A DNA stretch of 64,000 bases from Vitreimonas sp. (GCA_035627515.1 DASPLQ010000012.1:135269-199268), one strand, 5' to 3'. Positions 19,754 through 28,762 are shown, counted from the stretch's first letter. Numbers and translations are program-made. The notes: generated from the sequence alone by a model not told the origin.

Positions 19754-19781
19754 TTGACATACAAATATTTCCAATTATAAT
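19754..19781 (+). promoter_or_regulatory. Sigma70-like promoter TTGACA-16-TATAAT. The predicted start site is ~7 nt downstream, which places the leader ORF ATG at or near the 5-prime end.
   Basis: Exact consensus hexamers are seen at 19754-59 and 19776-81. Confidence 0.4.
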
Positions 19782-19788
19782 ACACTTC

Positions 19789-19863
19789 ATGGTCAAGATA
19801 ACTAGTTCATCAATTGTTCATCATCACTCCCCTCTTTTCGCCGCGGGAGTTATTTTCGTATAA
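19789..19863 (+). CDS. Leader peptide MVKITSSSIVHHHSPLFAAGVIFV (24 aa) with three consecutive His codons (CAT CAT CAC)
   Basis: Translated directly. Its stop lies 23 nt before a terminator hairpin. His codons sit at 19819-19827. Confidence 0.5.
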   Translation: MVKITSSSIVHHHSPLFAAGVIFV

Positions 19864-19911
19864 AGTAAAATTAAAACACAGTACACCCCGCGCCGAGCGC
19901 GGGGTTTTTTT
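19826..19911 (+). promoter_or_regulatory. Transcription attenuator with four segments: 1 = ACUCCC (19826-31, overlapping the last His codon), 2 = GCGGGAGU (19843-50), 3 = CCCCGCG (19886-92), 4 = CGCGGGG (19898-904), followed by U7 (19905-11)
   Basis: Alternative pairings 1:2, 2:3 (CGCGGG:CCCGCG) and 3:4 (a 7-bp all-GC stem plus UUUUUUU) are seen in the sequence, 16 nt before the HAL start. Confidence 0.55.
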
Positions 19912-19927
19912 GTGCTGGAAAGGAAAA

Positions 19928-21445
19928 ATGATTATAAAAATAACTGGTAAAAACTTAACTATTGAACAAGTTAAAGCTGTAGCTCGTGACGGAGCCCAAG
20001 TCAAAATTGATCCCGAAGCTCTTAAACAGGTCGGTAAGGGTCGGAAAATCTTGGAATCATATGTGGCACGAGGAGAAAAAATCTATGGTGTTACCACCGG
20101 CTTTGGTGATTTTTCCAAAGTCTTTATTTCTCCGGTTGATGCTGCGCAACTGCAAACAAATTTGATTTTGAGCCACAATGCTGGGGTAGGTGAGCCGGTG
20201 CCAGAAGATGTCGTCCGCGCTACCATGCTCGCTCGAGCCAATTTCTTAGCCAGCGGCATGTCTGGCTGTCGTCCAATAGTGGTGGAAACATTAGTAGCAG
20301 CTCTCAACAACGGCCTCTACCCCTTTGTTCCCCAAAAGGGTTCTGTTGGCGCCAGTGGCGACCTAGCACCGTTAGCAGCTTTGGCTGCATGTTTGATGGG
20401 ACAAGGTCAAGCACTTATTAATAACCAAAAGGTGCCCTCTGTAGTGGCTTTACAAAAAATTGGCCTCCAACCCCTAGAACTGTCTTTTAAAGAAGGATTG
20501 GCATTGATTAATGGCGATACTTTGATGGTAGGTTATGCTGCCCTTCTGGTCTATGACGCACAACAACTATGCAAACTCTCGGACCTGGCAGTGAGCATGA
20601 CTCTTGAAAGCATTGTGGGCGTGATGGAAGCCTTTGATGACCGCTTACAAACCGCCCGCGGCTTTAAAGGCCAAGTACAAGCCGCTCAGAATATTCGCAC
20701 TCTCACTACTGGCAGTCAAATTCTCAACGGAGATCGTCAACGCATACAAGATAGTTATGTTATTCGATGTAGTCCAGTTATTCTCGGCGCTTCCCGCGAA
20801 GCCGTTGAGTTTGTGCGCCGTCAAACTGAGCTTGAGCTCAACGGAGCTTGCGACAACCCACTGGTATTTTTGGATGATGAAGTGGTGTTAGCCGGTGGCA
20901 ATTTTCATGGTCAACCGCTAGCTCTTCCGCTCGATTTTTTAAAGGTAGCAGTTTCGGAGCTTGCTAGCTCTTCAGAACGCCGCATGGAACGAATGCTCAA
21001 CAAGACATATTCTGGCTTACCAGCATTTTTAATTGAAAATGGTGGTCTAAACTCAGGCTTGATGGTGCCTCAATATACCGCTGCAGGCTTGATTAACCTT
21101 AATAAGGGCTTGAGCTGGCCTAATAGTGTGGATTCCACTCCGCTCTGCGCAGGCCAAGAAGACCACGTCTCGATGGGCACTAACTCAGCTCTCACAGCCT
21201 TTGAGGTTATTCAAAACACTCAATACGTAATAGCCATCGAACTCCTCATTGCTGCTCAGGCTTTGGAATTTCGCGAGCAACTGCCGAGCCCTGTCATTCA
21301 AAAAGTGAAAGCTTTGATCAGATCTAAAGTTCCCAAACTCACCCAGGACACTTCCTTGAACCCTGCCATTGAGATTCTGAGAGCTTGGGTCAAAGACGAA
21401 AAAATTATGAGGGTAATTGAAGTAGAGATTGGACCTTTGTTATGA
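19928..21445 (+). CDS. hutH: Histidine ammonia-lyase family MIO enzyme (HAL/PAL/aminomutase family)
   Basis: GSVGASGDLAPLA contains the Ala-Ser-Gly MIO triad. YGVTTGFGDF and SHNAGVGE motifs are also present. The start is at MIIKITGK. Confidence 0.8.
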   Translation: MIIKITGKNLTIEQVKAVARDGAQVKIDPEALKQVGKGRKILESYVARGEKIYGVTTGFGDFSKVFISPVDAAQLQTNLILSHNAGVGEPVPEDVVRATMLARANFLASGMSGCRPIVVETLVAALNNGLYPFVPQKGSVGASGDLAPLAALAACLMGQGQALINNQKVPSVVALQKIGLQPLELSFKEGLALINGDTLMVGYAALLVYDAQQLCKLSDLAVSMTLESIVGVMEAFDDRLQTARGFKGQVQAAQNIRTLTTGSQILNGDRQRIQDSYVIRCSPVILGASREAVEFVRRQTELELNGACDNPLVFLDDEVVLAGGNFHGQPLALPLDFLKVAVSELASSSERRMERMLNKTYSGLPAFLIENGGLNSGLMVPQYTAAGLINLNKGLSWPNSVDSTPLCAGQEDHVSMGTNSALTAFEVIQNTQYVIAIELLIAAQALEFREQLPSPVIQKVKALIRSKVPKLTQDTSLNPAIEILRAWVKDEKIMRVIEVEIGPLL

Positions 21446-22482
21446 AAAGGTATCAAGTTTGTTGTGCTGAATGCTCAGGTATCTATGAGGATCAGTGGTG
21501 GCTTTGCCCCAACTGTAACGGTAGTTTAATTATTCGTTACAACTCAGTGGAGGTTAAACCACAACTCCCAGCTTCCCTTTCTCTAGTCGACAAGTTAGGT
21601 GAAGGTCAAACTCCTCTCATATTTCTGGATTCACTTTCTCGCCAGTTGGGAGCACATATTTGGGCGAAGTGTGAGTTTCAAAACCCCACAGGTTCATTCA
21701 AAGATCGGGGCTCTGTAGTGGAAATAGCTAAAGCACTAGAGCTAAACAAAGCAGGTGTAGTTTGCGCTTCAACCGGCAACATGGCTGCTAGCTTAGCCGC
21801 CTATGCTGCCCGTAACCAACTCAAGTGTGTGGTGGTTGTGCCAGCCACCACCCCTGAGTCAAAACTGCAACAAGCGGTGGCATATGGAGCGTATCTGGAA
21901 ACCGTAGATGGTACCTATGATGATTGTGTGGCACACGCTCAAGGCTTAGCGATAAAGGGTAATTATTTTCTATGTGGAGACTACGTACTCAGGCGCGAGG
22001 GTCAAAAAAGCCTAGGGTGGGAACTAACAGGTAAAGCCTTTAGTGATATCGTCGTTCCTGTGGGTAATGGCACAGTGGGAATAGCAGTGATGCAAGGTTT
22101 AAGTGAGGCTGAGCCTTCTACGATGGCACGTTTCGTGGGTGTGCAAGCCATTACTGCTAATCCCATTGCTCAAGCCTGGCAAACAAAAACAACCATTAAG
22201 CCTCAACACAGTACTCTGACTATTGCTTCTGCTTTCAATGTGGGAAATCCACTCGATGGTAATTTGACGCTTCAATGGTTAGCTAAAACTGCGGGAACAA
22301 TGACAACGGTGAGCGATCAAGAAATTATTGCTGCTCAACAATTACTTGCTCAAACTGAAGGTTTATATGTAGAAAGTGCAGCTGCCAGCACAGTCGCTGC
22401 TCTTTTCAAAATGAGATCACAACTCAGTAATAAAAAAATAGCCCTGATTTTAACAGGCAGTGGGTTGAAGGAAAGGAGGTGA
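21442..22482 (+). CDS. Threonine-synthase-like PLP-dependent (fold type II) enzyme with an N-terminal Cys4 zinc ribbon
   Basis: CAECSG…CPNCNG ribbon. The PLP-lysine motif FKDRGS is present. A 4-nt ATGA overlap links it to the HAL stop. Confidence 0.7.
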   Translation: MKRYQVCCAECSGIYEDQWWLCPNCNGSLIIRYNSVEVKPQLPASLSLVDKLGEGQTPLIFLDSLSRQLGAHIWAKCEFQNPTGSFKDRGSVVEIAKALELNKAGVVCASTGNMAASLAAYAARNQLKCVVVVPATTPESKLQQAVAYGAYLETVDGTYDDCVAHAQGLAIKGNYFLCGDYVLRREGQKSLGWELTGKAFSDIVVPVGNGTVGIAVMQGLSEAEPSTMARFVGVQAITANPIAQAWQTKTTIKPQHSTLTIASAFNVGNPLDGNLTLQWLAKTAGTMTTVSDQEIIAAQQLLAQTEGLYVESAAASTVAALFKMRSQLSNKKIALILTGSGLKERR

Positions 22483-22487
22483 TATAT

Positions 22488-22685
22488 ATGACAGAAAGAA
22501 TTATTTTTATTGACCGCATTCCCGATGGGGGCGCGCCAGTCATTACTAATGCTGCTGAGTTAGCTTACTTACTCGAAGAGCTAGCAGAAGACGCGACAGC
22601 ATCGGCTACCCAACCTCTCCCCCGCTTTATTGGAGAAGGTATAGGTGCACCGGAGTTTAAGGTGAAAGCGCCTAACGAGAAATAA
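22488..22685 (+). CDS. Small acidic hypothetical protein (65 aa) with a perfect SD, AAGGAGGTGA
   Basis: The SD AGGAGGT sits 7 nt before the ATG. The ORF follows the ThrC-like gene directly. A stable hairpin lies at 22695-22719. Confidence 0.5.
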   Translation: MTERIIFIDRIPDGGAPVITNAAELAYLLEELAEDATASATQPLPRFIGEGIGAPEFKVKAPNEK

Positions 22686-22758
22686 TTTTCTCAAGCCGGG
22701 AGCTTGATCACCTCCCGGCAGGGATCTCTAACAGTGTTACAATCAAAAAAGCCAAGCT

Positions 22759-22893
22759 ATGCCAGCCTCCCTCACTATTCTCTATCCGCTTCATCCAGAT
22801 CGCTGGACAGAATATAAAGCTTTGCGCTTGGAAAAAGAGTTGAATATGAATGGGCAGTTCTATGACTCAGTGTTAATGGAGTTATTTATATGA
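22759..22893 (+). CDS. Micro-ORF (44 aa, MPASLTILYPLHPDRWTEYKALRLEKELNMNGQFYDSVLMELFI) with an ATGA overlap onto the next gene
   Basis: Translated manually. The stop overlaps the start of the M29-like gene, which indicates translational coupling. It is below the 60-aa ORF track cutoff. Confidence 0.35.
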   Translation: MPASLTILYPLHPDRWTEYKALRLEKELNMNGQFYDSVLMELFI

Positions 22894-23894
22894 AGGTGGT
22901 CGAGAAACTAAGTGACGCAGAAAAAATTCGTGACTTAACCACAAGAGAACGTGAGTTGGGTTTAAAAATTTTGCAGACTAACCTTGCCTACCAACCCGGC
23001 GAGCGAATCCTGATCGTGACTGACACTCAGAAGCGTGATCAGGCGGCTGCGGTGTGGTTTGAGTCGGCTAAATTGTTACCCAAGCTCGGTGGTTTAGAAC
23101 TAATCACCATCGATGACATGCTGATCAATGGTGAAGAGCCACCAGCTGAAGTGATTGCAGCGGGCAAAACAGCTCACATTTTATTGCTTCACACCACCAA
23201 GTCTTTGACCCATACCGGTGTCAGCAAGACCGCTCGTGCTGGCGGGGCTAAGGTGGCTAGTTTGCCTGGTGTGTCATATGAAATTATGATGCAGACTTTG
23301 ACGTTAGAATATCAGCCCATTCGCGAGCTCGGTGAGCAACTTAAAGCTGTGGTAGAAAAAGGCACCACGCTGACGGTTACTTCTCCAGCTGGGACGCACC
23401 TGACCGCTAACATCCGGCAAAACTGGGTGGAAAATGACTGCGGCTTTGTGGCGCCAGGTGAGATCACCAATTTACCCGCCGGCGAGATCTTTTTTGCCCC
23501 TCTCGAAGGGACCACCACTGGGACCTGGGTGGTAGATGGCTCGATTGCCAGTGACACGCTTGATGAGCCGATTGTGATTACCATTGAGGCTGGCCGGGCG
23601 GTGAATATTGAGGGTGGCGCCGCAGCCGGGAGGCTGCAAGCCACCCTAGAAAAAGTAGGACCACTGGCGTTTAGTGTCGCTGAAATTGGCATTGGTACCA
23701 ATAGCTCCGCGTCAGGAACGGCATCATTGATTGAAGCCGAAAAAGCTGCCGGCACTGCCCATCTCGCCCTCGGCAACAACAGCGTCATTGGTGGCAGCAT
23801 CAACGTCCCCGTTCATATCGATGGTGTGACGCTCTCACCTACTATCGCAGTCGATGGTCGAATCATCTTAGAAAATCAACGTTTTATCATTTAA
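22890..23894 (+). CDS. M29 (aminopeptidase T/AmpS)-like aminopeptidase
   Basis: Family-level resemblance. GTAHLALGN and VHIDGV correspond to the conserved His and His-x-Asp metal ligands. The length is ~334 aa. Confidence 0.45.
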   Translation: MKVVEKLSDAEKIRDLTTRERELGLKILQTNLAYQPGERILIVTDTQKRDQAAAVWFESAKLLPKLGGLELITIDDMLINGEEPPAEVIAAGKTAHILLLHTTKSLTHTGVSKTARAGGAKVASLPGVSYEIMMQTLTLEYQPIRELGEQLKAVVEKGTTLTVTSPAGTHLTANIRQNWVENDCGFVAPGEITNLPAGEIFFAPLEGTTTGTWVVDGSIASDTLDEPIVITIEAGRAVNIEGGAAAGRLQATLEKVGPLAFSVAEIGIGTNSSASGTASLIEAEKAAGTAHLALGNNSVIGGSINVPVHIDGVTLSPTIAVDGRIILENQRFII

Positions 23895-23916
23895 AATACA
23901 CATACTTAAGGAATCT

Positions 23917-25158
23917 ATGCAAAATCAAGTTCAAACTTTAAAAGGCTTCCGGGATCTCTTGCCTGCTGACAAGCGCAAGCGCGATTACGTAGCCGCTAAA
24001 ATCAAAACTGTCTTTGAACGCTTCGGCTTCGAACCACTCGAAACGCCGACCTTGGAATATGCCTCGCTATTGCTCGGCAAGTATGGTGAAGAAGCTGATA
24101 AACTTGTTTACACTTTTGAAGATCGTGGTGAGCGCCAAATTGGGTTGCGCTACGACCAAACCGTGCCCACTGCCCGCGTGCTGGCTCAATATCAAAATGA
24201 TCTCCCCCGTTACTTCCGCCGTTATCAAATCCAAAATGTCTTCCGCGCCGACAAGCCACAAAAAGGTCGCTTCCGTGAGTTTACACAATGTGACTGCGAC
24301 ATTTTTGGCAGTACCGCCTCCCTCGCTGATGCAGAAATTTTAGCCGTTTATTATGCTGTCTATAAAGACCTCGGTATCACTTCCATTCAAATTCAAATCA
24401 ATGATCGTCAAACATTGCTGTCTACTTTATCGCCTTTTGCTACCGACCAAGTTTCGGTTTTTTCACTAGTTCAGTCGATCGACAAATTAGACAAACAAAC
24501 AGCCGATGAAGTCGCTACCGAACTAACAGCGAAAGGACTGAGTCTAGAAGCTTCCAAACAAGTTTTGTCCGAAATTGAAAAAGCTGACATGTCAGCTAAT
24601 TTAAGTGAAATTGTCGACAATGCTATCAAACTCGGTGTAGCTCGCGAAGCACTCGTCTTTAACCCGAAATTGGCACGTGGTTTGGATTATTATACCGGCT
24701 TGATTTTTGAAGGTCGGATTCCTGAATATGCCGTCGGTTCGGTAGGCGGCGGTGGCCGTTATGACAAATTAGTCGGCGAGTTATCCGGTTTAGAAATGCC
24801 GGCTGTGGGCTTTGGAATTGGCTTTGATCGAACGGTAGAAGCTGCTGATGAGCTCGGGCTGATCCCTGCTGAAAATATGGGGACGCAAGTTTTGGTAACT
24901 GTCTTTGATAACGCTTATCTCTCGGATTCTTTAACCACTGCCAACCAATTAAGAACCGCGGGTGTGAAAGTCGAGCTCTACCCTGCTGTAGATAAACTAG
25001 CCAAACAATTCAAACTCGCTGACCAAAAAAACATCCCTTGGGTGGTGATCATTGGAGAGGCTGAAGCGGCTGACAATAAAGTCACGCTGAAAAATATGAA
25101 GACTGGTGAGCAGCAATTGATGTCAATGGATGAAGTTGTCGGTTTGGTATTAGGATAG
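23917..25158 (+). CDS. hisS: Histidyl-tRNA synthetase
   Basis: Class II motifs (GLRYDQTVP, FRADKPQKGRFREF, GGGGRYDKL) and a C-terminal anticodon-binding domain. Confidence 0.9.
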   Translation: MQNQVQTLKGFRDLLPADKRKRDYVAAKIKTVFERFGFEPLETPTLEYASLLLGKYGEEADKLVYTFEDRGERQIGLRYDQTVPTARVLAQYQNDLPRYFRRYQIQNVFRADKPQKGRFREFTQCDCDIFGSTASLADAEILAVYYAVYKDLGITSIQIQINDRQTLLSTLSPFATDQVSVFSLVQSIDKLDKQTADEVATELTAKGLSLEASKQVLSEIEKADMSANLSEIVDNAIKLGVAREALVFNPKLARGLDYYTGLIFEGRIPEYAVGSVGGGGRYDKLVGELSGLEMPAVGFGIGFDRTVEAADELGLIPAENMGTQVLVTVFDNAYLSDSLTTANQLRTAGVKVELYPAVDKLAKQFKLADQKNIPWVVIIGEAEAADNKVTLKNMKTGEQQLMSMDEVVGLVLG

Positions 25159-25581
25159 GGTAGCTCTACCTTATCTCGTTAGCAAAATCCGTCATCTAAA
25201 GTTTACATTTTTTTATGAATGTGTAACTTTTAAATGACAATTTCTGGTGACAATACATGTGGCAAGCGACTAATTAAAAGCGCTTTTCCTCTTAAGGTAA
25301 GTGACAACTTATGTCATTGTGTCAGTGAGAGAGTCTTTTGTTGAGCTCATGTTTTTTCCCTTGTATGAATATTGGCAAAAATCATACAAACTCAAGAAAG
25401 TTCACTTCTTGAGCAGCACTATCAAACAAAAAAGATAAGCCCCTTTTTGAGCGCCTATTAATGAACCTTCTTAAAAGGCCTTTCAGTTATCCGCCTCGCC
25501 TTAGCTCTTACTGCGATTATCAACAAAAATGCCACATGTCACAAGAAGTTTAGTTTTTGATAGAGATGTGGTGACTAGCCC

Positions 25582-26196
25582 CTACCTCTTAAAGTACTCT
25601 ACTTTGTAGAAATCAATCCCCGCCGCTTGGGCGGCACCGGCGTCAGCGGAGCTATCACCAATCATCAAAAAGTCTTCCAGGCTAATATCCTTATTAGCCC
25701 CTACTTCATCTGCCACTTCTTCAAAAATTAACTCAAAGCCATCAGGCACCGGTTTCACAAACTGGACCATATTTTTGCTGATTACAGCCTGAAAATACTG
25801 CGCCAGATCTTCTTTACGTAAGACGCGGTTAATCGTATCGGTACAGTTGGATGACCATACAAAGCAAGTATAGGCTTGGCTAGCGGTGCGAATAAACTCA
25901 ATCAATTCAGGATTAACGGTATAACCCTCATCATACTCGCGCTCAAACTCCTCTGCCCACTCCATGCTTGGTTCATGGACGATTTCGCCAAATTTCTCCA
26001 CAAAAATATTCACCAAACTCATCACATTCATCTCTTTGGTCTTCATATTCACCAGCTCAGGATCAAATTTTTTCAAAATCTCTAATTGCCGCTCAATGAA
26101 AATCCCCCACGGCAAATGTAACTTGGCGATAGTTTCATCGAAATCAAAAATTAAATATTTTTTAGGCTGTGCCTTAAGGTGTTCGAGTAATGACAT
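25582..26196 (-). CDS. HAD-superfamily hydrolase
   Basis: FDFDETI (DxD motif), a conserved Lys and a GDSSADAGAAQAAG motif IV. Confidence 0.7.
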   Translation of the reverse strand: MSLLEHLKAQPKKYLIFDFDETIAKLHLPWGIFIERQLEILKKFDPELVNMKTKEMNVMSLVNIFVEKFGEIVHEPSMEWAEEFEREYDEGYTVNPELIEFIRTASQAYTCFVWSSNCTDTINRVLRKEDLAQYFQAVISKNMVQFVKPVPDGFELIFEEVADEVGANKDISLEDFLMIGDSSADAGAAQAAGIDFYKVEYFKR

Positions 26197-28762
26197 AACT
26201 TTTTTTAGTAACTTCCTCTGCTAACGGCATGATTAAACTTACCGCCAATAATACACCAATCAACTGCCACTGCAAATTAGCCATCCCTACCCAGTGAGGA
26301 ATGACTTTCACTAATACAAACCAAGCAACGACCACACTGACCAGCGCCCAGTTCATCAGCCAATTACTCAACCAACCATACTCCAGCACTGAGCGAGTAA
26401 AACTCCGCGCCGTCAAACCACGCAAGGCTTTCTGAAAAATATATAACGTAAACGTACCAGTCTGAGCGATGACCAAGCCTTGTGGCAATAACCAATAAAA
26501 AACACCTGCTAACGCTAGTGTCGAAATCACACCTTGAATGGCAATTCCTCGTAAAATCTGCGGCGATAAGATTGAAGGATGTAACTCGTTAATTTTTTTG
26601 GCAATCAACTCTGGATCTTCAGGCTCAACGGCCATCGCCATCGCCGGTAAGGCATCAGTTAACAAATTGATCATCAAAATCATCACCGCTGTGAGCGGCA
26701 CCGGCCAATCGAATAAAACTGCCAGAAAAAACAAGCCCACCTGGCATGTATTACCAGAAAGTAAGTAATGTAAATACAGCTGAGTACGCAACTTTACAGT
26801 CCTGCCCACACTGACGGCTTTCAATAAAGCATCATACATGCCAGTAATCACCACATCAGCGATGTCCTTAGTCAAACCCGTCCCGTTATTCATGGCAATG
26901 CCAATATTAGCTTTCTTCAAGGCAGCGGCATCATTAATCCCGTCCCCTGCCATCGCCACTTGATACCCTTGCTGTTGATAAAAATCCACTAGTAAGACCT
27001 TATGTTCCGGCCGCACCCGAGCAAAAACCCGAGCAGCTTGCAACTTAGCTCGGTTATCACTCAAAGCAGTTTTAGTGAGAATTTGATCAAGCTCGGTGCC
27101 AGTTAAAACTTGAGCCTTAGAGCGGCGTGTAATAATCCCGGCTTGCTCGGCGATATAACGAGCAATAGCTGGATGATCACCCGTGATCATGATCGGCACG
27201 ATACCAGCCCGGTGGAAACCCGCTACCGTCTCTTTGACCGTAGGTCGCAAAGGATCCATCAGGGCAATTAACCCAACAAAGCATAAGCTACTCTCACCCA
27301 GATCGCGATTTTTTATGGCCCCGGGAGGTGTCGGCGTGCGCTCCGCCAACGCCAGAACTCGGAAACCCTGACCCGCTAGCTCCTCTGCCTTTTTCAACAT
27401 CGCCGTTTTTTCACGCTCAGTAAAGCTAGACACTGTCCGCTTCATTTCAGTGTCACAAAGGGGAATCAAGATATCCGGTGCGCCCTTGCTAAACAAGTGT
27501 AAATTTCCCTGGTGCTGCCGAATCACACTCATTCGCTTGGCATCACTGGTAAAGCGATGTTCCACTTTCCGACCTTCTAGTTCATAACTAAACCCATGTG
27601 ATTCAATGAAAGCCACTAAGGCTTGTTCTGTGGGGCCTTTGTTATTGTTACAAAAACGAATCACATCTATTAGTTCTTTATAGCCAGCTTGTTTTTTTAG
27701 TTTAGGATCAGCGACGTCAAATAAGGTATTATTGACCACCACTTTACAGACACGCATCACCCCTTCCGTGACCGTACCAGTCTTATCCGTGGCGACGTGC
27801 GTCACCGATCCCAACCCCTCAGCCGCCAACAATTTTTTGACAATGACCTTCTTACGGACCATCTCTGCCACCGCCAAAGCCAGTGCTGTAGTCATGACCG
27901 CACTCAAACCTTCCGGAATAAAGGCAATCGCCAGAGAGGTCGTCACCAATAGTGATTCAATCAATGGCTTGCCACGGTATAAATAGACCGCCAAAATAAT
28001 GGCTACGCTAACCATGGTAATAATTAATAAAAACCGACCTACTTTTTCGAGTTCCTTTTGCAAGGGAGTCAGCTCTTGTTCGGCTTGGTTGAGATAGGTA
28101 GCTATTTTGCCCACCTCGGTCTCAACTCCTGTTTTAACCACAATGGCTCGCGCCGAGCCTTGGACTACTACCGTCCCGGCAAATAATAAACTTTTTTGAT
28201 CACCAAGCGGCGCGGTTTTGGCAACAGGGGCAGTCTGTTTAGAGACGGGTAAAGATTCACCAGTCAGCGCGGCTTCATCGCTGAGCACTTCATCAGCTTC
28301 GATAACGCGTGCATCGGCGGCAATTAAATCGCCTTCCTGTAGCAATATGATGTCACCAGGCACTAAGGTATCACTGCTGACTTCGATAGCTTTGCCTTGC
28401 GAAAGAACGGTAGTGAACGGTGTTTGTAAGGACTTTAATTGCTCAAGTGATTTTTCAGATTGTTTCTCCAAAAAAATGCCAATGCCTGCCATCACCACCA
28501 CGATGCCATAGACGAGCCCAGCTTCTAACCAACTCCCCGTCACTGCTGAAACTGTGGCCGTGGCCAGCAATAACAATACAATCGGATTAGAAAATTGTTC
28601 TTTCAGACTGTCGAGTAAAGAACTGCCTTCGGGCTCTGGTAAGGCATTAGGTCCGTATTGGGTTAAACGGTGAGCTCGTTCCGTTGGAGTAAGGCCTTGG
28701 GAGGGTTTGGTGGCAAAAAGCTTGGTAACTTGCGCTATGGTGAGAGCATGAGGATGTGACAT
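26174..28762 (-). CDS. P-type cation-transporting ATPase (P2-type, Ca2+/Mg2+-like)
   Basis: DKTGTVT, TGDHPAIA and GDGINDAAALKKANIGIAM motifs, with 10 TM segments. Confidence 0.9.
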   Translation of the reverse strand: MSHPHALTIAQVTKLFATKPSQGLTPTERAHRLTQYGPNALPEPEGSSLLDSLKEQFSNPIVLLLLATATVSAVTGSWLEAGLVYGIVVVMAGIGIFLEKQSEKSLEQLKSLQTPFTTVLSQGKAIEVSSDTLVPGDIILLQEGDLIAADARVIEADEVLSDEAALTGESLPVSKQTAPVAKTAPLGDQKSLLFAGTVVVQGSARAIVVKTGVETEVGKIATYLNQAEQELTPLQKELEKVGRFLLIITMVSVAIILAVYLYRGKPLIESLLVTTSLAIAFIPEGLSAVMTTALALAVAEMVRKKVIVKKLLAAEGLGSVTHVATDKTGTVTEGVMRVCKVVVNNTLFDVADPKLKKQAGYKELIDVIRFCNNNKGPTEQALVAFIESHGFSYELEGRKVEHRFTSDAKRMSVIRQHQGNLHLFSKGAPDILIPLCDTEMKRTVSSFTEREKTAMLKKAEELAGQGFRVLALAERTPTPPGAIKNRDLGESSLCFVGLIALMDPLRPTVKETVAGFHRAGIVPIMITGDHPAIARYIAEQAGIITRRSKAQVLTGTELDQILTKTALSDNRAKLQAARVFARVRPEHKVLLVDFYQQQGYQVAMAGDGINDAAALKKANIGIAMNNGTGLTKDIADVVITGMYDALLKAVSVGRTVKLRTQLYLHYLLSGNTCQVGLFFLAVLFDWPVPLTAVMILMINLLTDALPAMAMAVEPEDPELIAKKINELHPSILSPQILRGIAIQGVISTLALAGVFYWLLPQGLVIAQTGTFTLYIFQKALRGLTARSFTRSVLEYGWLSNWLMNWALVSVVVAWFVLVKVIPHWVGMANLQWQLIGVLLAVSLIMPLAEEVTKKSYVITRTP

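Noticed and set aside
19814-19927. The N-terminal extension of the HAL ORF in the track (MFIITPLFSP…)
   Set aside because: It spans the terminator hairpin and the leader peptide region. HAL homology begins at MIIKITGK (19928), which has a GGAAAGGA SD-like tract upstream.
19631-19927. T-box riboswitch or HutP-type (UAG-N4 repeats) antitermination for the HAL/hisS leader
   Set aside because: There is no T-box conserved sequence (AGGGUGGNACCGCG) or specifier-loop architecture, and no three NAG-N4 repeats. The His-codon leader peptide with 1:2, 2:3 and 3:4 helices explains the structure better.
23917-25158. HisZ (ATP phosphoribosyltransferase regulatory subunit) instead of HisRS
   Set aside because: The full class II motif 3 (GGGRYDKL) and a C-terminal anticodon-binding domain are present. 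HisZ lacks these.
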